From positions 18,910,001-18,974,000 of the forward strand of contig OX597836.1 in assembly GCA_951406725.2 (NCBI GenBank): a stretch of 64,000 nucleotides of DNA, in the 5' to 3' direction. The position numbers and the translations under genes are program-made. Source of the stretch: Octopus vulgaris. Taxonomy: Eukaryota. The notes beneath the pieces are model-generated. The model was not told where the DNA came from. It did not search any database and was given only the letters and a program-made list of their open reading frames with translations. Positions 40,492-54,866 of the stretch are shown here, in pieces; within the stretch, counting starts at the first letter, position 1; each line of letters starts with the position of its first letter.

Positions 40492-40649
40492 AATACTAAT
40501 TATCTTTCTTACTTTCCTTTTTTAATTTAGTCTTTCTTCTAGCATTTTTCTTTTAGAAAAATTAAACTGTTTTTTTTTTTTTTTAATTTATTAATTTATT
40601 TTAATCAATTTTGTTTTCCAATTTCTTTCATCTCACTCTCGTTCTTCTT

Positions 40650-40685
<36 letters not shown>

Positions 40686-40834
40686 ATGATGTGCATGAAA
40701 GCTTTAGCAAAAACTCTAAGTAGTGTCTGCTTTATCTGTTGCATGATTTGAACCCAGCATGACAGCTTCATGAATAGTTGTATAGTGTTTTCTTCATTGC
40801 ACTTGGCATGATATTTTTATTATTATTATTATTA

Positions 40835-40880
<46 letters not shown>

Positions 40881-40959
40881 ACTAACAATAATATATGTGT
40901 ATGTAAATAAACTGATTGTTTTTATTTTTTTCAGTTTTGCATTTCCATTCGTACATGCA

Positions 40960-41009
<50 letters not shown>

Positions 41010-41336
41010 CATATATATACATTCTATATATCTTATATATATACATATATATAACATATATATATTTGTATATATATAATATATACATATCATATATATA
41101 TATACGTATATATATAATATAAATATATGCCTATTTATATAATATATACATATATGTAATATATATGATATGTAAATATATTGTATCTTATATAGCATTA
41201 TATTTCAGACCAAAATTGAAATGCCACTGCAATCTTGAAGAAAATCTAACAAATTATATTGCTTCAAAAATAAGCTAAATAAATAAGGGATAAGCTAGAT
41301 AAATAAATAAAAATGAATGAATGAATGGAAGATAAC

Positions 41337-41433
<97 letters not shown>

Positions 41434-41571
41434 GGATGGATGGATGGATGGATGGATGGATAGATAGATAGATAGATAAATGGATAAAACCTAAGGCTTT
41501 ATTTAAAAGATCTACTTGATGTAGGAAATCACTGGTATTTGTGTGCGTGGTTGCCTGTGCGTATGTGTAAG

Positions 41572-41860
41572 TGTGTAAGCCTAGTACTTATTCTATCGGT
41601 CTCTTTTGCGGAACCGCTAAGTTACGGTTGTCAAGCGATTTTGGGGGGACAAACACAGACACACAAACACACACATATATATACATATACATATATACGA
41701 CGGGCTTCTTTCATTTTTCCGTCTACCAAATCTACTCACAAGGCTTTGGTCGGCCCGAGGATATAGTAGAAGACACTTGCCCAAGGTGCCACGCAGTGAG
41801 ACTGAACCCGGAACAATGTGGTTGTTAAGCAAGCTACTTACCACACAGCCACTCCTGCGC
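41572..41860 (-). mobile_element. SINE family B, 3' truncated
   Basis: Matches the family B head and middle. Confidence 0.88.
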
Positions 41861-42223
41861 AATATTCTAAATATTTCAATTTAAAAATTTATACAAATTG
41901 TAGTGTGCCGTGAGGCGGAATGTTTTCCCATGTGAAGAAATGAGAAGAGCTGTAAAACCGCTTGAGTAGGTGAGAATTCCAGAAAATTTAAATCGCTTTA
42001 ATATGATCTCAATGTTAAGGAGTATAAGCTTTGTAGATAAGAATATAAGAAAATACAGAGGGCCTCAATATTCTTTCAATGTTAAAGAGTAGAAGCAAAG
42101 CAGATGAATATACAAGAAAATGTAGGGAGGTTAATACATTCCATAAATGGAAAGGTTATGCTGATGACAATACAAGAAAATATAGAGGACTTCTATACTA
42201 AGGTGTGGTAGGTATGTAGATGA

Positions 42224-42636
42224 GGCGGCGAGCTGGCAGAAACGTTAGCACGCCGGGCGAAATGCTTAGCGGTATTTCGTCTGCGTTACGTTGTGAGTTC
42301 AAATTCCGCCGAGGTCGACTTTGCCTTTCATCCTTTCGGGGTCGATAAATTAAGTACCAGTTACGCACTGGGGTCGATGTAATCGACTTAATACCTATGT
42401 CTGTCCTTGTTTGTCCCATCTGTGTTTAGCCCCTTGTGGGTAATAAAGAAATAGGTATTTCGTCTGCGTTACGTTGTGAGTTCAAATTCCGCCGAGGTCG
42501 ACTTTGCCTTTCATCCTTTCGGGGTCGATAAATTAAGTACCAGTTACGCATTGGGGGTCGATGTAATCGACTTAATACCTATGTCTGTCCTTGTTTGTCC
42601 CCTCTGTGTTTAGCCCCTTGTGGGTAATAAAGAAAT
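42224..42636 (+). mobile_element. SINE family A, dimeric, with TSD
   Basis: TAGGTATGTAGA at 42209-42220 and 42636-42647. The two body units are nearly identical. Confidence 0.93.
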
Positions 42637-43116
42637 AGGTATGTAGAGGAGAATGTAAGAAAATATAGTTAGGCACCCGGAAAATCAAGCATTATGATAA
42701 ACGGAAAGGGATGAAGCAAATAAATTAAGATATGCTAGTGGCACAGCTGAGTGATTTCACATGATGACACCTCTGGGACCAGCTTATAGTCTTCTTTACA
42801 TTCATACAGAGCTGTACATAAACAAAAAGGTCACGTTGTTTTCGTATCACAATGGTTCTCACTTCTTTCTTTCTTCTTGTCTTAATTATTTCATTAGTGT
42901 TTATGTTTTTTCTTTGTAACAACGAACAAAGGTATAATTAAGAGCTTCAAGAATAACTTATGTACGACCATTTATTGCTTTTTAAATGTATATATACATG
43001 CATATATATATATATATATACATGCATGTATATATATATATACATGCATATATATATATATATATATATATATACATGCATGTATATATATATGTGTGTG
43101 TGTGTGTATATATATA

Positions 43117-43691
<575 letters not shown>

Positions 43692-44124
43692 TTGCATGCA
43701 TATATACATATATATATGTATGCATTTATAAATACACACACACACATATATATATATAGTTGAGAACGTATTAGAGTGCAAAACAGAGTCGTTCACCTTT
43801 AGAATTACTAGATAGCCGGCAGTATTGTAGTATACTATCAATTCTAGGCTTAGGCATTCCTCACGTGTGAAAAATATTCTTTCCTTTATATATATATATA
43901 TATACATATATATGTATGTATGTATATATATGTATATGTGTATATATATATATATATACATACATATATATATACGTGTGTGTGTGTGTGTGTGTGTATG
44001 CATATATATTTTTTTTATGAGGGTGAGAAATTGGATATTAATTTAATTAAATTAACATCAATTTAACACCAGTGGTCTAGCATACAAAATCTGAAAGTTC
44101 AGTAAACTGTATTATATATGAATG

Positions 44125-44362
44125 AGAGGGATGATCACTATGTAGACAGCCCTTCTGCTAGAAGTAGATCCGCTGTGGTCTTACCACTAATAAATATTCT
44201 CAAGAAAGATTTAGCAAACACCAGAACGTAAGCGAGCAAGACAAATGAAAAGTAACACGTTCTGGTGTTTGCTAAATTTTTCTTGAGAATATTTCTTAAT
44301 GGTAAGACCATTGCGGATCTACTTTTAGCATAAGGGTTGTCCACATAGAGGCAATCCTTCTC

Positions 44363-44365
<3 letters not shown>
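44125..44365. repeat. fold-back element, ~100 bp arms
   Basis: GTAGATCCGCTGTGGTCTTACCA..ATATTCTCAAGAAAGATTTAGCAAACACCAGAACGT versus ACGTTCTGGTGTTTGCTAAATTTTTCTTGAGAATAT..TGGTAAGACCATTGCGGATCTAC. Related sequence at ~9440-9560 adjoins the Penelope relic. Confidence 0.88.
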
Positions 44366-44428
<63 letters not shown>

Positions 44429-44508
44429 GCGCGCATATATATATATACATGTTAACATATAAAAAGGAGACGAACGCTCGAGATGTTAATCCATTTATAT
44501 CATGAAGT

Positions 44509-44592
44509 CCTCGACATACGCTTTGACAGGCGAACTCCAAAATATCGGGCAGGATAAATAATGGTCAGCAGTGCACCAATCTCTTCAGGAGG
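44509..44592 (-). ncRNA. degenerate hammerhead motif in TA-flanked island
   Basis: CCUC-CUGAAGA-GA..UC-AAAGCGUAU-GUC|-GAGG. The GAAAC half is mutated. Confidence 0.4.
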
Positions 44593-44655
44593 TGACGCTG
44601 CAGCAACTTCTAGCCACATTGTGATTGTTCCCTTGGATTTCTCCTATTAATTGTA

Positions 44656-44697
<42 letters not shown>

Positions 44698-44701
<4 letters not shown>

Positions 44702-45009
44702 AAATGAAGAAAATGCTGACAAAATAATTTAAGTAAGGGAGAGTGTATTTAATTAGGTGAAAGTTCTTTTTACGGTTGCGCATTTGTTATGCTTATCAAA
44801 AGATATTTTTTAAGAGAGATAGAGTTCCTTTCTGATGGATTTTTTCTCTTATCTGATAAGAGAAAAAATCTATCAGAAAGGAACTCTATCTCTCTTAAAA
44901 ATATCTTTTGATAAGCATAACAAATGCGCAACCGGTAAAAAGAACTTTCACCTAATTAAATACACTCTCCCTTACTTAAATTATTTTGTCAGCATTTTCT
45001 TCATTTCCT
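44698..45009. repeat. fold-back element, ~150 bp near-perfect arms, almost no loop, in (TA)n
   Basis: AAGGAAATGAAGAAAATGCTGACAAAAATAATTTAAG..TTTTTCTCTTATC TG ATAAGAGAAAAA..GTCAGCATTTTCTTCATTTCCTT. Confidence 0.92.
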
Positions 45010-45056
45010 TTTTTTATATATCACAACTCGTGTTCCACATCTCCTTTTTTAAATAA

Positions 45057-45143
<87 letters not shown>

Positions 45144-45159
45144 TTTACGATATCAAAAT

Positions 45160-45306
45160 AAACTAGTACTTTCATGCATTAGCGATCATCACGCTTATGT
45201 CGTGGCAGTCTTGTCCCACATTTGACAACTATCAGTTCTCAGCTGTGGAACGCGACTGTCACTACATAAAACTGGTGATTGCGTAACGCATGAAAATACT
45301 AGTTTA
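45160..45306. repeat. diverged fold-back element
   Basis: AAACTAGTACTTTCATGC versus GCATGAAAATACTAGTTT, with continuing partial complementarity. Confidence 0.75.
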
Positions 45307-45414
45307 TTTCAATATTGTCAGATTGTAAGAATTGCAAATAATAAAATGTGAAAATCAGACTTTAGCTAAATTTTCATTGATCAATATATTCTTCTATACA
45401 CAATCATATGAAAG

Positions 45415-45475
<61 letters not shown>

Positions 45476-45792
45476 CATACATACATACATACATAATAAT
45501 AATAATACATACATACTTACATACATACATATACTGTTGTGTCTAGGGAGAGTCATTCTCTTTTAATGCCTTATAATTTAACACACAAAACAAAGTACAT
45601 TTTCTATGTCGAAATGAGTTATGTTGAAACAAACACACTTAGTCTACGACTTTCTTTTTCTTATTTAGCACCCATCTTGTTCTCTCTCTCACTCTCTCTT
45701 TCTCTTTCTAGTTCTCTGTTTCTCTCTCTCTTTCTCTTTCTCTCTCCCCATATATATATATATATACACACATATATATATGTATGAATATG

Positions 45793-45862
<70 letters not shown>

Positions 45863-46134
45863 CTATTTATATTTTCTATACAGGAATCAACCAATACTGT
45901 TTTTATAGTTTACCTCTTGCAAGTATATGCATTTCGTTATTTGTGTATATTTATTGATTTTATTTAATTATTAATCTATATTTATTTATATTAATCTTAT
46001 TTCCTTTTCTTTATTTCCTTTCTGTTCATCCTCCACTCTACCGCGCTAACCATCCATCCATCCATCTATCCATGCCACTGGTCGGTGCGAAATAATCAAT
46101 GAACCTCACTTCTGTCACTCACAACGATGTTCAG

Positions 46135-46239
46135 GAGATGGAGCGACGTGGAAGCAGAGGGAGCATATTGAGCGGGTTGACTGCAATGGATTTCCAATCC
46201 CAAAGACGCTCCAGTTTCCAGAGTATTGGTGAAAGTGTT
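46135..46239 (+). CDS. predicted 105-nt phase 0-0 exon G: EMERRGSRGSILSGLTAMDFQSQRRSSFQSIGESV
   Basis: TTCAG acceptor after a ~210 nt AG-free zone containing GCTAAC (46045-46050), donor GTT|GTAAGT, and RRGS/RRSS motifs like exon D. Confidence 0.7.
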
Positions 46240-47223
46240 GTAAGTACTCCCTTCTCTCTGTTACCTTTTCAGTATTTATGCGTGTGTGTATATATATATA
46301 TATAAAATACAAAAATGGGATAGGAACGCAAAACATCCAGACAGTTAGGTGATACAAAAAAGGGGGCAACAAAATATCCAGATAGACGATACAAGGAAAA
46401 CAGAACGGGTCATTCGGAGTTTTCTATCCTCAGTCGAGTTCCAGATTATCTTTGCAATTTCGGCTGATTATACTCGAGATTGCTCCAATCTGGCCAGCCC
46501 CAAGGAAAAAAATAAACTAAGAGCATTACATTCCTTGGAAGTAAACAGCGAATGTATACGAAAACAAGGACGGAAAAAAACAAAGAAATGTTACACAAAT
46601 ACAAATAACAAGACATAAGAACGGGTATCTTTCGACTAAGGAAGAATTAAATTAAGCAGGCAGGGACATATGATTTAACAAGCACAGGAAGGAATATAGA
46701 TGTTGCACGGACAGTAGTCCAACCAAGAAAGAAAGGTCAGGCCTGGACGAACACTGGTCACGCGGGGAGAGAAGAGAGAAAGGTAGAGGCAGAGGGATAG
46801 AAGGATTAAGGAGGGGCGAGAGAAAAATGAAAGAGACACAGTGAAGTGAAAGAGGGAAAGTGAGCATGAAGAGAAAGCCAGGAAATATGAAAAAGAGGGA
46901 ACGAAAGAACGAAGAGTGGAATGAACGAAGTGTGAAAGGGCTACTAGAAAGAAGGAAAGAATGAATATATATATATACATATGCATATATACATGCATAT
47001 ATGTACATACCTACATATATATGTATATACACATGCATATATGGGTACAGGACGTCAAAAAAACGTGAACAAAATGAAAAACGAGAACATAAAAAAACAA
47101 AAACATGGAAAACGAACTTTTTTTCGAACAACGAAAGAAACAAATAGAGAGACGAGACAGGCAACATAAAGAACAATTCCTTCCTCAGTTGTCCCCTGTT
47201 TAATCTACTCTGCGTTTCGAACG

Positions 47224-47317
<94 letters not shown>

Positions 47318-48727
47318 GTTCTTGTTTCCAATTAATGTTGCAGTTAGAGGCACAGAAGGTGGAAATTTCGAAGGCACCTTTATCTCTGTTCTTGTAAATG
47401 TACAATAAATATGTGCTCTATAAAAAGTATTGAGTACTCCTTCAATTTAATGCAAAATTGCATTTATTGTAAATCAACTAAAAAACAAGCATTACTGTGT
47501 GTATGTGTGCATGCATGTGTGTATGCATGTGTGTGTGCGTGTACATATAGTGAATATATGCATACAAGTTCACATATACTTATATATGTGGACATATATG
47601 TAAATATAAATATACATATACATAGACATAGGCATGTGTGTGAGTGTTTATGTGTGTGTGTGTTTATGTGTGTGTGTGTGCATCAATGCATAAGCAAGAT
47701 TTCCAACAACAATTTCGAGAATGTGCCATAGATTCATACCAATAATTACAAATCGATACATACGTAACATACAGCCATACATTTATACTTACGTCCCTAC
47801 GTACATACATACATATATGCATACATACATATGTATTTACGTATATATGTACATATATATATATATACATACATACGCATGTACTTACATAGATTCATAT
47901 CCACTTGTGTTTATTTGTATTTGTGAAAATTCGATGGTACACATTTATGTGTGTAAGTGTTTATGTGCGAGTATGTGTTGTTCTGCATGTGTATGTGGGC
48001 TTTTAGCTTATATATCTAAGTGTTTATTTCTAGTGTCTGCAAGTCTGTGTTTGTATGTGATTTTGTATGTACATATATATTCATGTTTGTGTGAGTACAA
48101 ATATGCAAATATGTGTTTGTATGTATATGTATGTTTGTGTTTGTGTCCTTTTGTGCACGAATACATATTATACACATACATACGCATGTGTATATATGCT
48201 TCATATATAATCAAGTACAAAAAGACATACACTTATATACACATATGTGTATATATGTATTATACACATGTGTATATATGTATTATTTATGTTTATTGTA
48301 ATTTAAATATTGGGAAACTGAAGAACGAAACCCGATATGTATTTACACGTGTCTATAAATATATATTTGTTTAGCCGGAAGTAGTCCCACATTTCTCACC
48401 TTATTAATGTTCATCAGCAGAATGAAAGAGAAAAAGCAAAATATAAAATTCTCATTATCGATATATGTTGAACATATTATTGATATAGGATTTAGTTTCC
48501 GTAACATGTGAGAATTACCAAATGGAACCGAATTGAAAATAATAAAAACCAGTCGGAAATCTGTTATTTCCCAAAACGCTCCTTTTATATACGTAAAACC
48601 TCGCACAAGCGTGAATGTATTTGAGTGTATGTACGTATCGATATCGACGCCTGTATTTTTTGGTAGTGTGTTTATATGTACGTATGGATGAGGGCTTGCA
48701 ATTTTGTTGGTATCTCTCTTTCTTTCT

Positions 48728-49119
48728 TTACTCTCTTTTACTTGTTTCAGTCATTTGACTGCGGCCATGCTGGAGCACCAACTTTAGTCGAGCAAATCGA
48801 CCCCGGGACTTATTCTTTGTAAGCTCAGTACTTATTCTATCGGTCTCTTTTGCCGAACCGCTAAGTGACGGGGACGTAAACACACCAGCATCGGTTGTCA
48901 AGCAATGCTAGGGGGACAAACACAAACACACACACATACATATATATATACATATATACGACAGGCTTCTTTCAGTTTCCGTCTACCAAATCCACTCACA
49001 AGGCATTGGTCGGCCCGGGGCTACAGCAGAAGACACTTGCCCAAGATGCCACGCAGTGGGACTGAACCCGGAACCATGTGGTTGGTTAGCAAGCTACTTA
49101 CCACACAGCCACTCCTGCG
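48728..49119 (-). mobile_element. SINE family B, full length
   Basis: Matches 23335-23754. Confidence 0.92.
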
Positions 49120-49671
49120 GTATGTGCACATACGTGCACGTACGTATGAATATGAGTGCATATATTTCATTTAGCATGTTTATATGTGCATATGACACCT
49201 GGGAAATGCATGCATATGACCACCCTGCCTGGCAATGTTGCGCCAAAAGAGATGCCACCGCCTACGAACAGAACAGAATCGGAGTCCGTTCCGTTGATCG
49301 GATCAACTGAGAATCTCGTCGTCGCAACCGACGGAGTGCCAGTTTATATGTGTGGAAGCGTATTTCGTGTGTGTTTGCGTATGTACGTGCACGTTTTATA
49401 TGTTTGTGTATGTATGTAAATGTATGTTCGTGTGTACGAGCAAATTTTGTGTGTATATCTGTATATGGTCAGGTTAGTGTATGTGTGCGCATATTCGTAT
49501 ATGTTTGTGTATGACTTTGTGTGTACGTATATTTATGTGCATGTTTGCGTGTATATTTATGTTTGTATGTGTGTGTGTATGTTTATACCTGAAGATATTT
49601 TTTTAAACTACAATTTTCGATAACAAAATTCTACTAATATTTATTTTTCTTTCTCACATTTTACATTTCAG

Positions 49672-49721
49672 ATGCAATTATTTTCCGGGAAATAGTTCCA
49701 AAACAAGGCACAGAGGAATAA
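49672..49721 (+). CDS. candidate last exon: phase 1 (D)AIIFREIVPKQGTEE* or phase 0 MQLFSGK*
   Basis: Strong acceptor (CTACTAAT branch-like site, long pyrimidine tract, TTTCAG). Stops at 49719-49721 or 49693-49695, followed by AATAAA motifs and A/U-rich UTR-like sequence. Confidence 0.5.
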
Positions 49722-50258
49722 AGTCATAGTGCCAATAAAAGTGTGTCACTTAATAACAAAAAAAAAACAAAAATATAAAAACAGAAAAAAACAATAATCT
49801 AAAAGAGAGAAAAGAAAGAAAACTTCTCTCAATCCAGTTCGATCGCAAACAGTTGGAGTTACCTCCCTTTGTTGTAGCATTCTTCACTCAAAAAAGTACA
49901 TATGTTGACATTTATTTCATATTTTTGTTATTCATAATATTTTCCCCCCCTTTCTTCCTGTCATTTTGTATCTTCTACACTGCACAAAGAAAAACAAAAA
50001 TATGAATTTAAAAAAACACACCAACAACACGGTTCCAACCGATTTTCGTTGTTTTCGTAAAAGCCGTTTACCTTGAGTCACCCCCGACCCCTCATTACAT
50101 TAATCACCTATTTTTATGATTTATGGACTTCCTTTTTTTTCTGCTCCTTGTGTGAAATTGTGATGTAAAAAAAAAACAGTAATAAATGAAAACAAAACAA
50201 ACACTTGATGTATTACTCAAATCACGAGTAATAAATAAATAAATATAAATAATATTAT

Positions 50259-50320
<62 letters not shown>

Positions 50321-50781
50321 GTAATAGTGGTATGAAAAAAAAGTAACAAAAATTCTATGAAAATTAAAAAATTAAAAACCTTTATTTTAAAGAACGAAAT
50401 ATTTAGAAATGAAAATTTCGAAAACGAAAAAAGGGATTTTTGTTATATTGTGCATTAGAAATATCTTTTCTCTTTCGCTTTCTTTCTTTCCCCGCTTTTC
50501 TTCTTCCCTCTTTCCTTCCTTTTCCGTTTTTTTTTCTCTTCCTTTAAGCGTTTTGGTTCTTCTTTTTGGTGCTTTTGTTTTCATTCTTCCAATGCTTATC
50601 ATTCGTCTTCATATTATTCGTTTTTTTTTATTTCTTTATTTTTTTCTTCTACTCATTCGCGTTATTCAACTTAATTTTTTTTTTTTGTCATTTTCTTTCC
50701 TCTCAGTTATCGACTTCATTCTCTTCTACGTCTCTCTTCACTCTTCATCACCTCTTGTTCCTGCGTTTTCCTTCTTTTTCC

Positions 50782-51122
50782 ATTCTTCTTCTTCTTCTTT
50801 TTCTTCTTCTTCTTCTTCTTCTTCTTCTTCTTCTTCTTCTTCTCATTCTTCTTCTTCTTCTTCTTCTTCTTCTTCTTCTTCTTCTTCTTCTTCTTCTTCT
50901 TCTTCTTCTTCTTCTTCTTCTTCTTCTCATTCTTCTGCTGCAGCTTCTTCTTCTTTTTCTTCTTCTTCTTCCTTCTCCTTCTCATTCTTCTTCTTCTTCA
51001 TTCTTCTTCTTTTTCTTCTTCTTCTTCTTTTTCTTCTTCTTCTTCTTTTTCTTCTTCTTCTCATTCTTCTTCTCATTCTTCTTCTTCTTCTTCTTCTTCT
51101 TCGTATTCTTCTTCTTCTTCGT
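50782..51122. repeat. (TTC)n microsatellite
   Basis: Direct reading. Confidence 0.95.
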
Positions 51123-51299
51123 ATTCTACGCCTTCCTGTTAATCTATTTATTCAGTCCTCCGATTTTTTTCAATTTGTTTTCATTGTTGGTACTGTTGTT
51201 CATCTTGTCCCTTAGTAAGTTACATATATGTCTATGTATGTGTGTGTGTGTATGTGTGTGTGTGTGTGTGTGTCTATGTGTGTATGTATGCGCATGAGT

Positions 51300-51567
<268 letters not shown>

Positions 51568-51973
51568 CTACCACTAGGAATGCAAGTTTTGCAATAAGCA
51601 AATGTTATGAAACGAATATAGATTAAAAAATATGTTAAAATAATTAATTTTTTGCCACTTGAGCATAATTTCTTGCGGTCGTCTTCCTGGAAAATTATAT
51701 TTTTTCTTTGGTTTTGTTTTAGTTGTTTTGAATGTTTTTTTGTTTTTGTTTTGGGGGGGGATTTTTTTTAGAGAGGGCGAGAGAGTTGAATGCATTTAAT
51801 GTTGACAGCTTCCTCCGTCGCACAAAATATCACGACGCTCAGCTGCTACAAAGTTATAACGATGACGACTATGATGGTGGTTGTGGGGATGATGATGAAG
51901 ATGATGATGACGACAACGACGACAATGACAGTGACGACGGTGACATGAACGACGCTAATGGTGATAATAAGGG

Positions 51974-52205
51974 AAGAAGAAGAAGAAGAAGAAGAAGAAG
52001 AAGAAGAAGAAGAAGAAAAAGAAGAAGAAGAAGAAGAAGAAGAAGAAGAAGAAGAAGAAGAAGAAGAAGAAGAAGAAGAAGAAGAAGAAGAAGAAGAAGA
52101 AGAAGAAGAAGAAGAAGAAGAAGAAGAAGAAGAAGAAGAAGAAGAAGAAGAAGAAGAAGAAGAAGAAGAAGAAGAAGAAGAAGAAGAAGAAGAAGAAGAC
52201 GAAGA
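51974..52205. repeat. (GAA)n microsatellite
   Basis: Direct reading. Confidence 0.95.
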
Positions 52206-52339
52206 ACTCCAACAACGGTAACAACAAGATACCCGGATAAAACAGTTTCTAACGAAAGAAGCGATGTATTGTAATTGACGTTGCATACCCATATGACACC
52301 AGACAAAAGAAAGAGAAAGTAGAAAAGTGTACTGACATA

Positions 52340-52515
52340 TAGCATGAAATCCTCTGGTGCTGGAGGAAAACTGAGAAGTTAACATTGCCGTTATAATGTC
52401 GATTATCATTATTGGAGTCTTGAGCACAGTTACAAAGAATCTAGGTACAAACCTTGGAAAAATTGCTCATAATTTGCAAGATGGTGCAGCATAGGAAACA
52501 TAATTTATTAAGTCC
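52340..52515 (+). pseudogene. possible REL-endonuclease LINE (R4/Dong-like) C-terminal relic
   Basis: IIIGVLSTVTKNLGTNLGKI resembles the PIVIGALG-x-V-x-K-x-L motif. Highly degenerate. Confidence 0.35.
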
Positions 52516-53021
52516 ATCAAAAATTATCCGTTAAGTTCTCCTTACAAAATAACAACAGATATAAAAAAGAAGAGTTTTGAAAAGACTTTTATAGAGAAGG
52601 TACAATTCATTCTTCATCCTAGCTGGTTAGATGGGAAATTTAATTACAACCAAGCGCAACACCAATTCTGTGAAATAGCAGAGCAGAATAATAATAGTAA
52701 TTATTATGACAATATAAATAAAAGCAAAAAAATTGTACTTGTCTTGCTAGTCGAGGCATCAGTATTAAATACACGTCGTAGGAGAGAAGGAGGAGCAGGA
52801 AGTGAAATAAATGTCTTCTGCGTGCGCAGGATCTGTAAGTATACTAAAGTGTGTGTGTTTGCGCACAGAATTTAATGTGTGCTTTATTCAAAAAGTGTCT
52901 GTTATAGCAGATGCGTCGGTACTTCTGTCGTAAATTGTCAACGAACTATGAAGCCTACGAGAGGAGTCTCTTTTACTTTTTTGTATATTTACTTCAGTTT
53001 AAAGTTTCACAGCATAGGTTT

Positions 53022-53098
<77 letters not shown>

Positions 53099-53356
53099 GT
53101 ATGTATATACAGGTGGAAGGGAAAGTGAAAGAGAGATCAATGCAAACGTGCAGATGCACTTAATATATTTTTCTGAGATCTAACTTTGAACTGATCGACT
53201 TAGATTTATCGATTGAATGTTAATGAGAGTGGAGAAAAGCAAAAAAAAGGGAGGGAAGTATAAAAGTAGGGGAGGAAATAATATAAGAAAGGTAAATAAA
53301 AAACATCATTCGGTTTTGTTTATTTGAACTGTGTTGATATTCAGATTTTTATCATC

Positions 53357-53379
53357 TTATTATTATTATTATTTTTATT

Positions 53380-53416
<37 letters not shown>

Positions 53417-53460
53417 CTATTATTATTATTATTATTATTATTAGTATTAGTATTAGTATT

Positions 53461-53516
<56 letters not shown>

Positions 53517-53522
53517 TATTAT
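53357..53522. repeat. (ATT)n microsatellite
   Basis: Direct reading. Confidence 0.95.
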
Positions 53523-53874
53523 TTATTGAATAATCGGATCGTAAAGTCTCAGTACAAAATTATCTATTAGTATTTAGTTATTACACTTTACGACTTCATT
53601 TCATGTTCCGCTAGTGGTCGACTTTCATTTTCATCGTTCTTGAGATGGACGATGTATTTTAACCGACAAATATTGGTGAATTCGTGGAATTAATTGAAAG
53701 CCATTTTCCTGCAAAAAATTTTATGGTCTCTCTAGTAGGTTACTCCGTCCACGGAGTATCACGATTTTGTTACTTTAATATAGATTGTTTTTTCTCCATT
53801 AGAGACACAGTCTGCAGCAAAGAGAGAAACATAGATTGGCTACTACACAAAGAGCTATGGAAAGATATATGCTA

Positions 53875-54200
53875 GAAATATCATTGCGAGGGCATATCAG
53901 AAATTAGATAATTCGAGCACAAAGCAGAGTAAAAAAAACATGATCGCAGAGTACTTAAAGTATAACTTCTGCTGACCCGGACATGCTGCAGAGTTCAGAA
54001 AGAACAGGTGACCCGTGCAGTTTCTGAGTGGTATTCAAGAGAACGGAAAAGGCCACTCGAGAGGTTTCCACGACAATAAGAAGACGATTTAGTTAAACAG
54101 CTTGGATCAAGATGGAAAAGAAGAAAGACGAAAACAAAAAGGAAATGGAAGCGCATTCTGACCAAAGAGTATAACATCAGATAGTTTGGTCGATGCAATG
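53875..54200 (+). pseudogene. degenerate RTE-clade LINE 3' end
   Basis: ISLRGHIRN*IIRAQSRV..PGHAA..NR..RAVSEWYSRERKRPLER.PR.*EDD is collinear with the RTE peptide at 27131-27378. Confidence 0.75.
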
Positions 54201-54497
54201 CTACAGAAAATGTAGAGCTTTAGCAGAAAACATTTTCATGTGAAGAAACTTTCACTAGGAAAATGAGATTAGAAGGAAAGATAGTTTTGTTTCTAGCGAA
54301 TCCATCAACACATTGTTTGCCTCTGTAGTTTCGGCCTGTTGCTATGCATAGCTGTGTATTTAGAAAGTCCATTTTCCAAAAACTTGGCTGCAGGTTCGAT
54401 TTTAAAGCGTTACACCTTGTATAAGTAACTTCTAAATCAGGTTGATGTGTATATTGTGAGATTTACGAGTCGAATTTACTGCATGTATATATATTTA

Positions 54498-54866
54498 GGG
54501 GCTGGCGTGGCTGTGTAGTAAGAAGCTTGCTTCACAACCACATGGTTATGGGGTTCAGCCCCACTGCGTTGCACTTTGGACAAGTGTCTTCTACTATAGC
54601 CTCGGGCCGACCAAAGCCTTGTGAGTGGATTTGGTTTGGTAGGTAGAAACTAAAAGAAGCCTGCCGTGTGTGTGTTTGTCCCCCACCACCGCTGGATAAC
54701 CCGTGTTGGTGTGTTTGCGTCTCCGTTACCTAGCGGTTCGGCAAAGGAGATAGATAGAATAAGTACCATGTTTTAAAACAATAAGTCGACTAAAACCCTT
54801 CAAAGTGATGCCCCAGCATGGCCGCAGCCAAATGACTGAAACAAGTAAAATACAAAAGATAAAAGA
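54498..54866 (+). mobile_element. SINE family B, diverged
   Basis: GTGGCTGTGTAGTAAG..GGCCGACCAAAGCCTTGTGAGTGGATTTGG..AATGACTGAAACAAGTAAAA. Confidence 0.88.
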
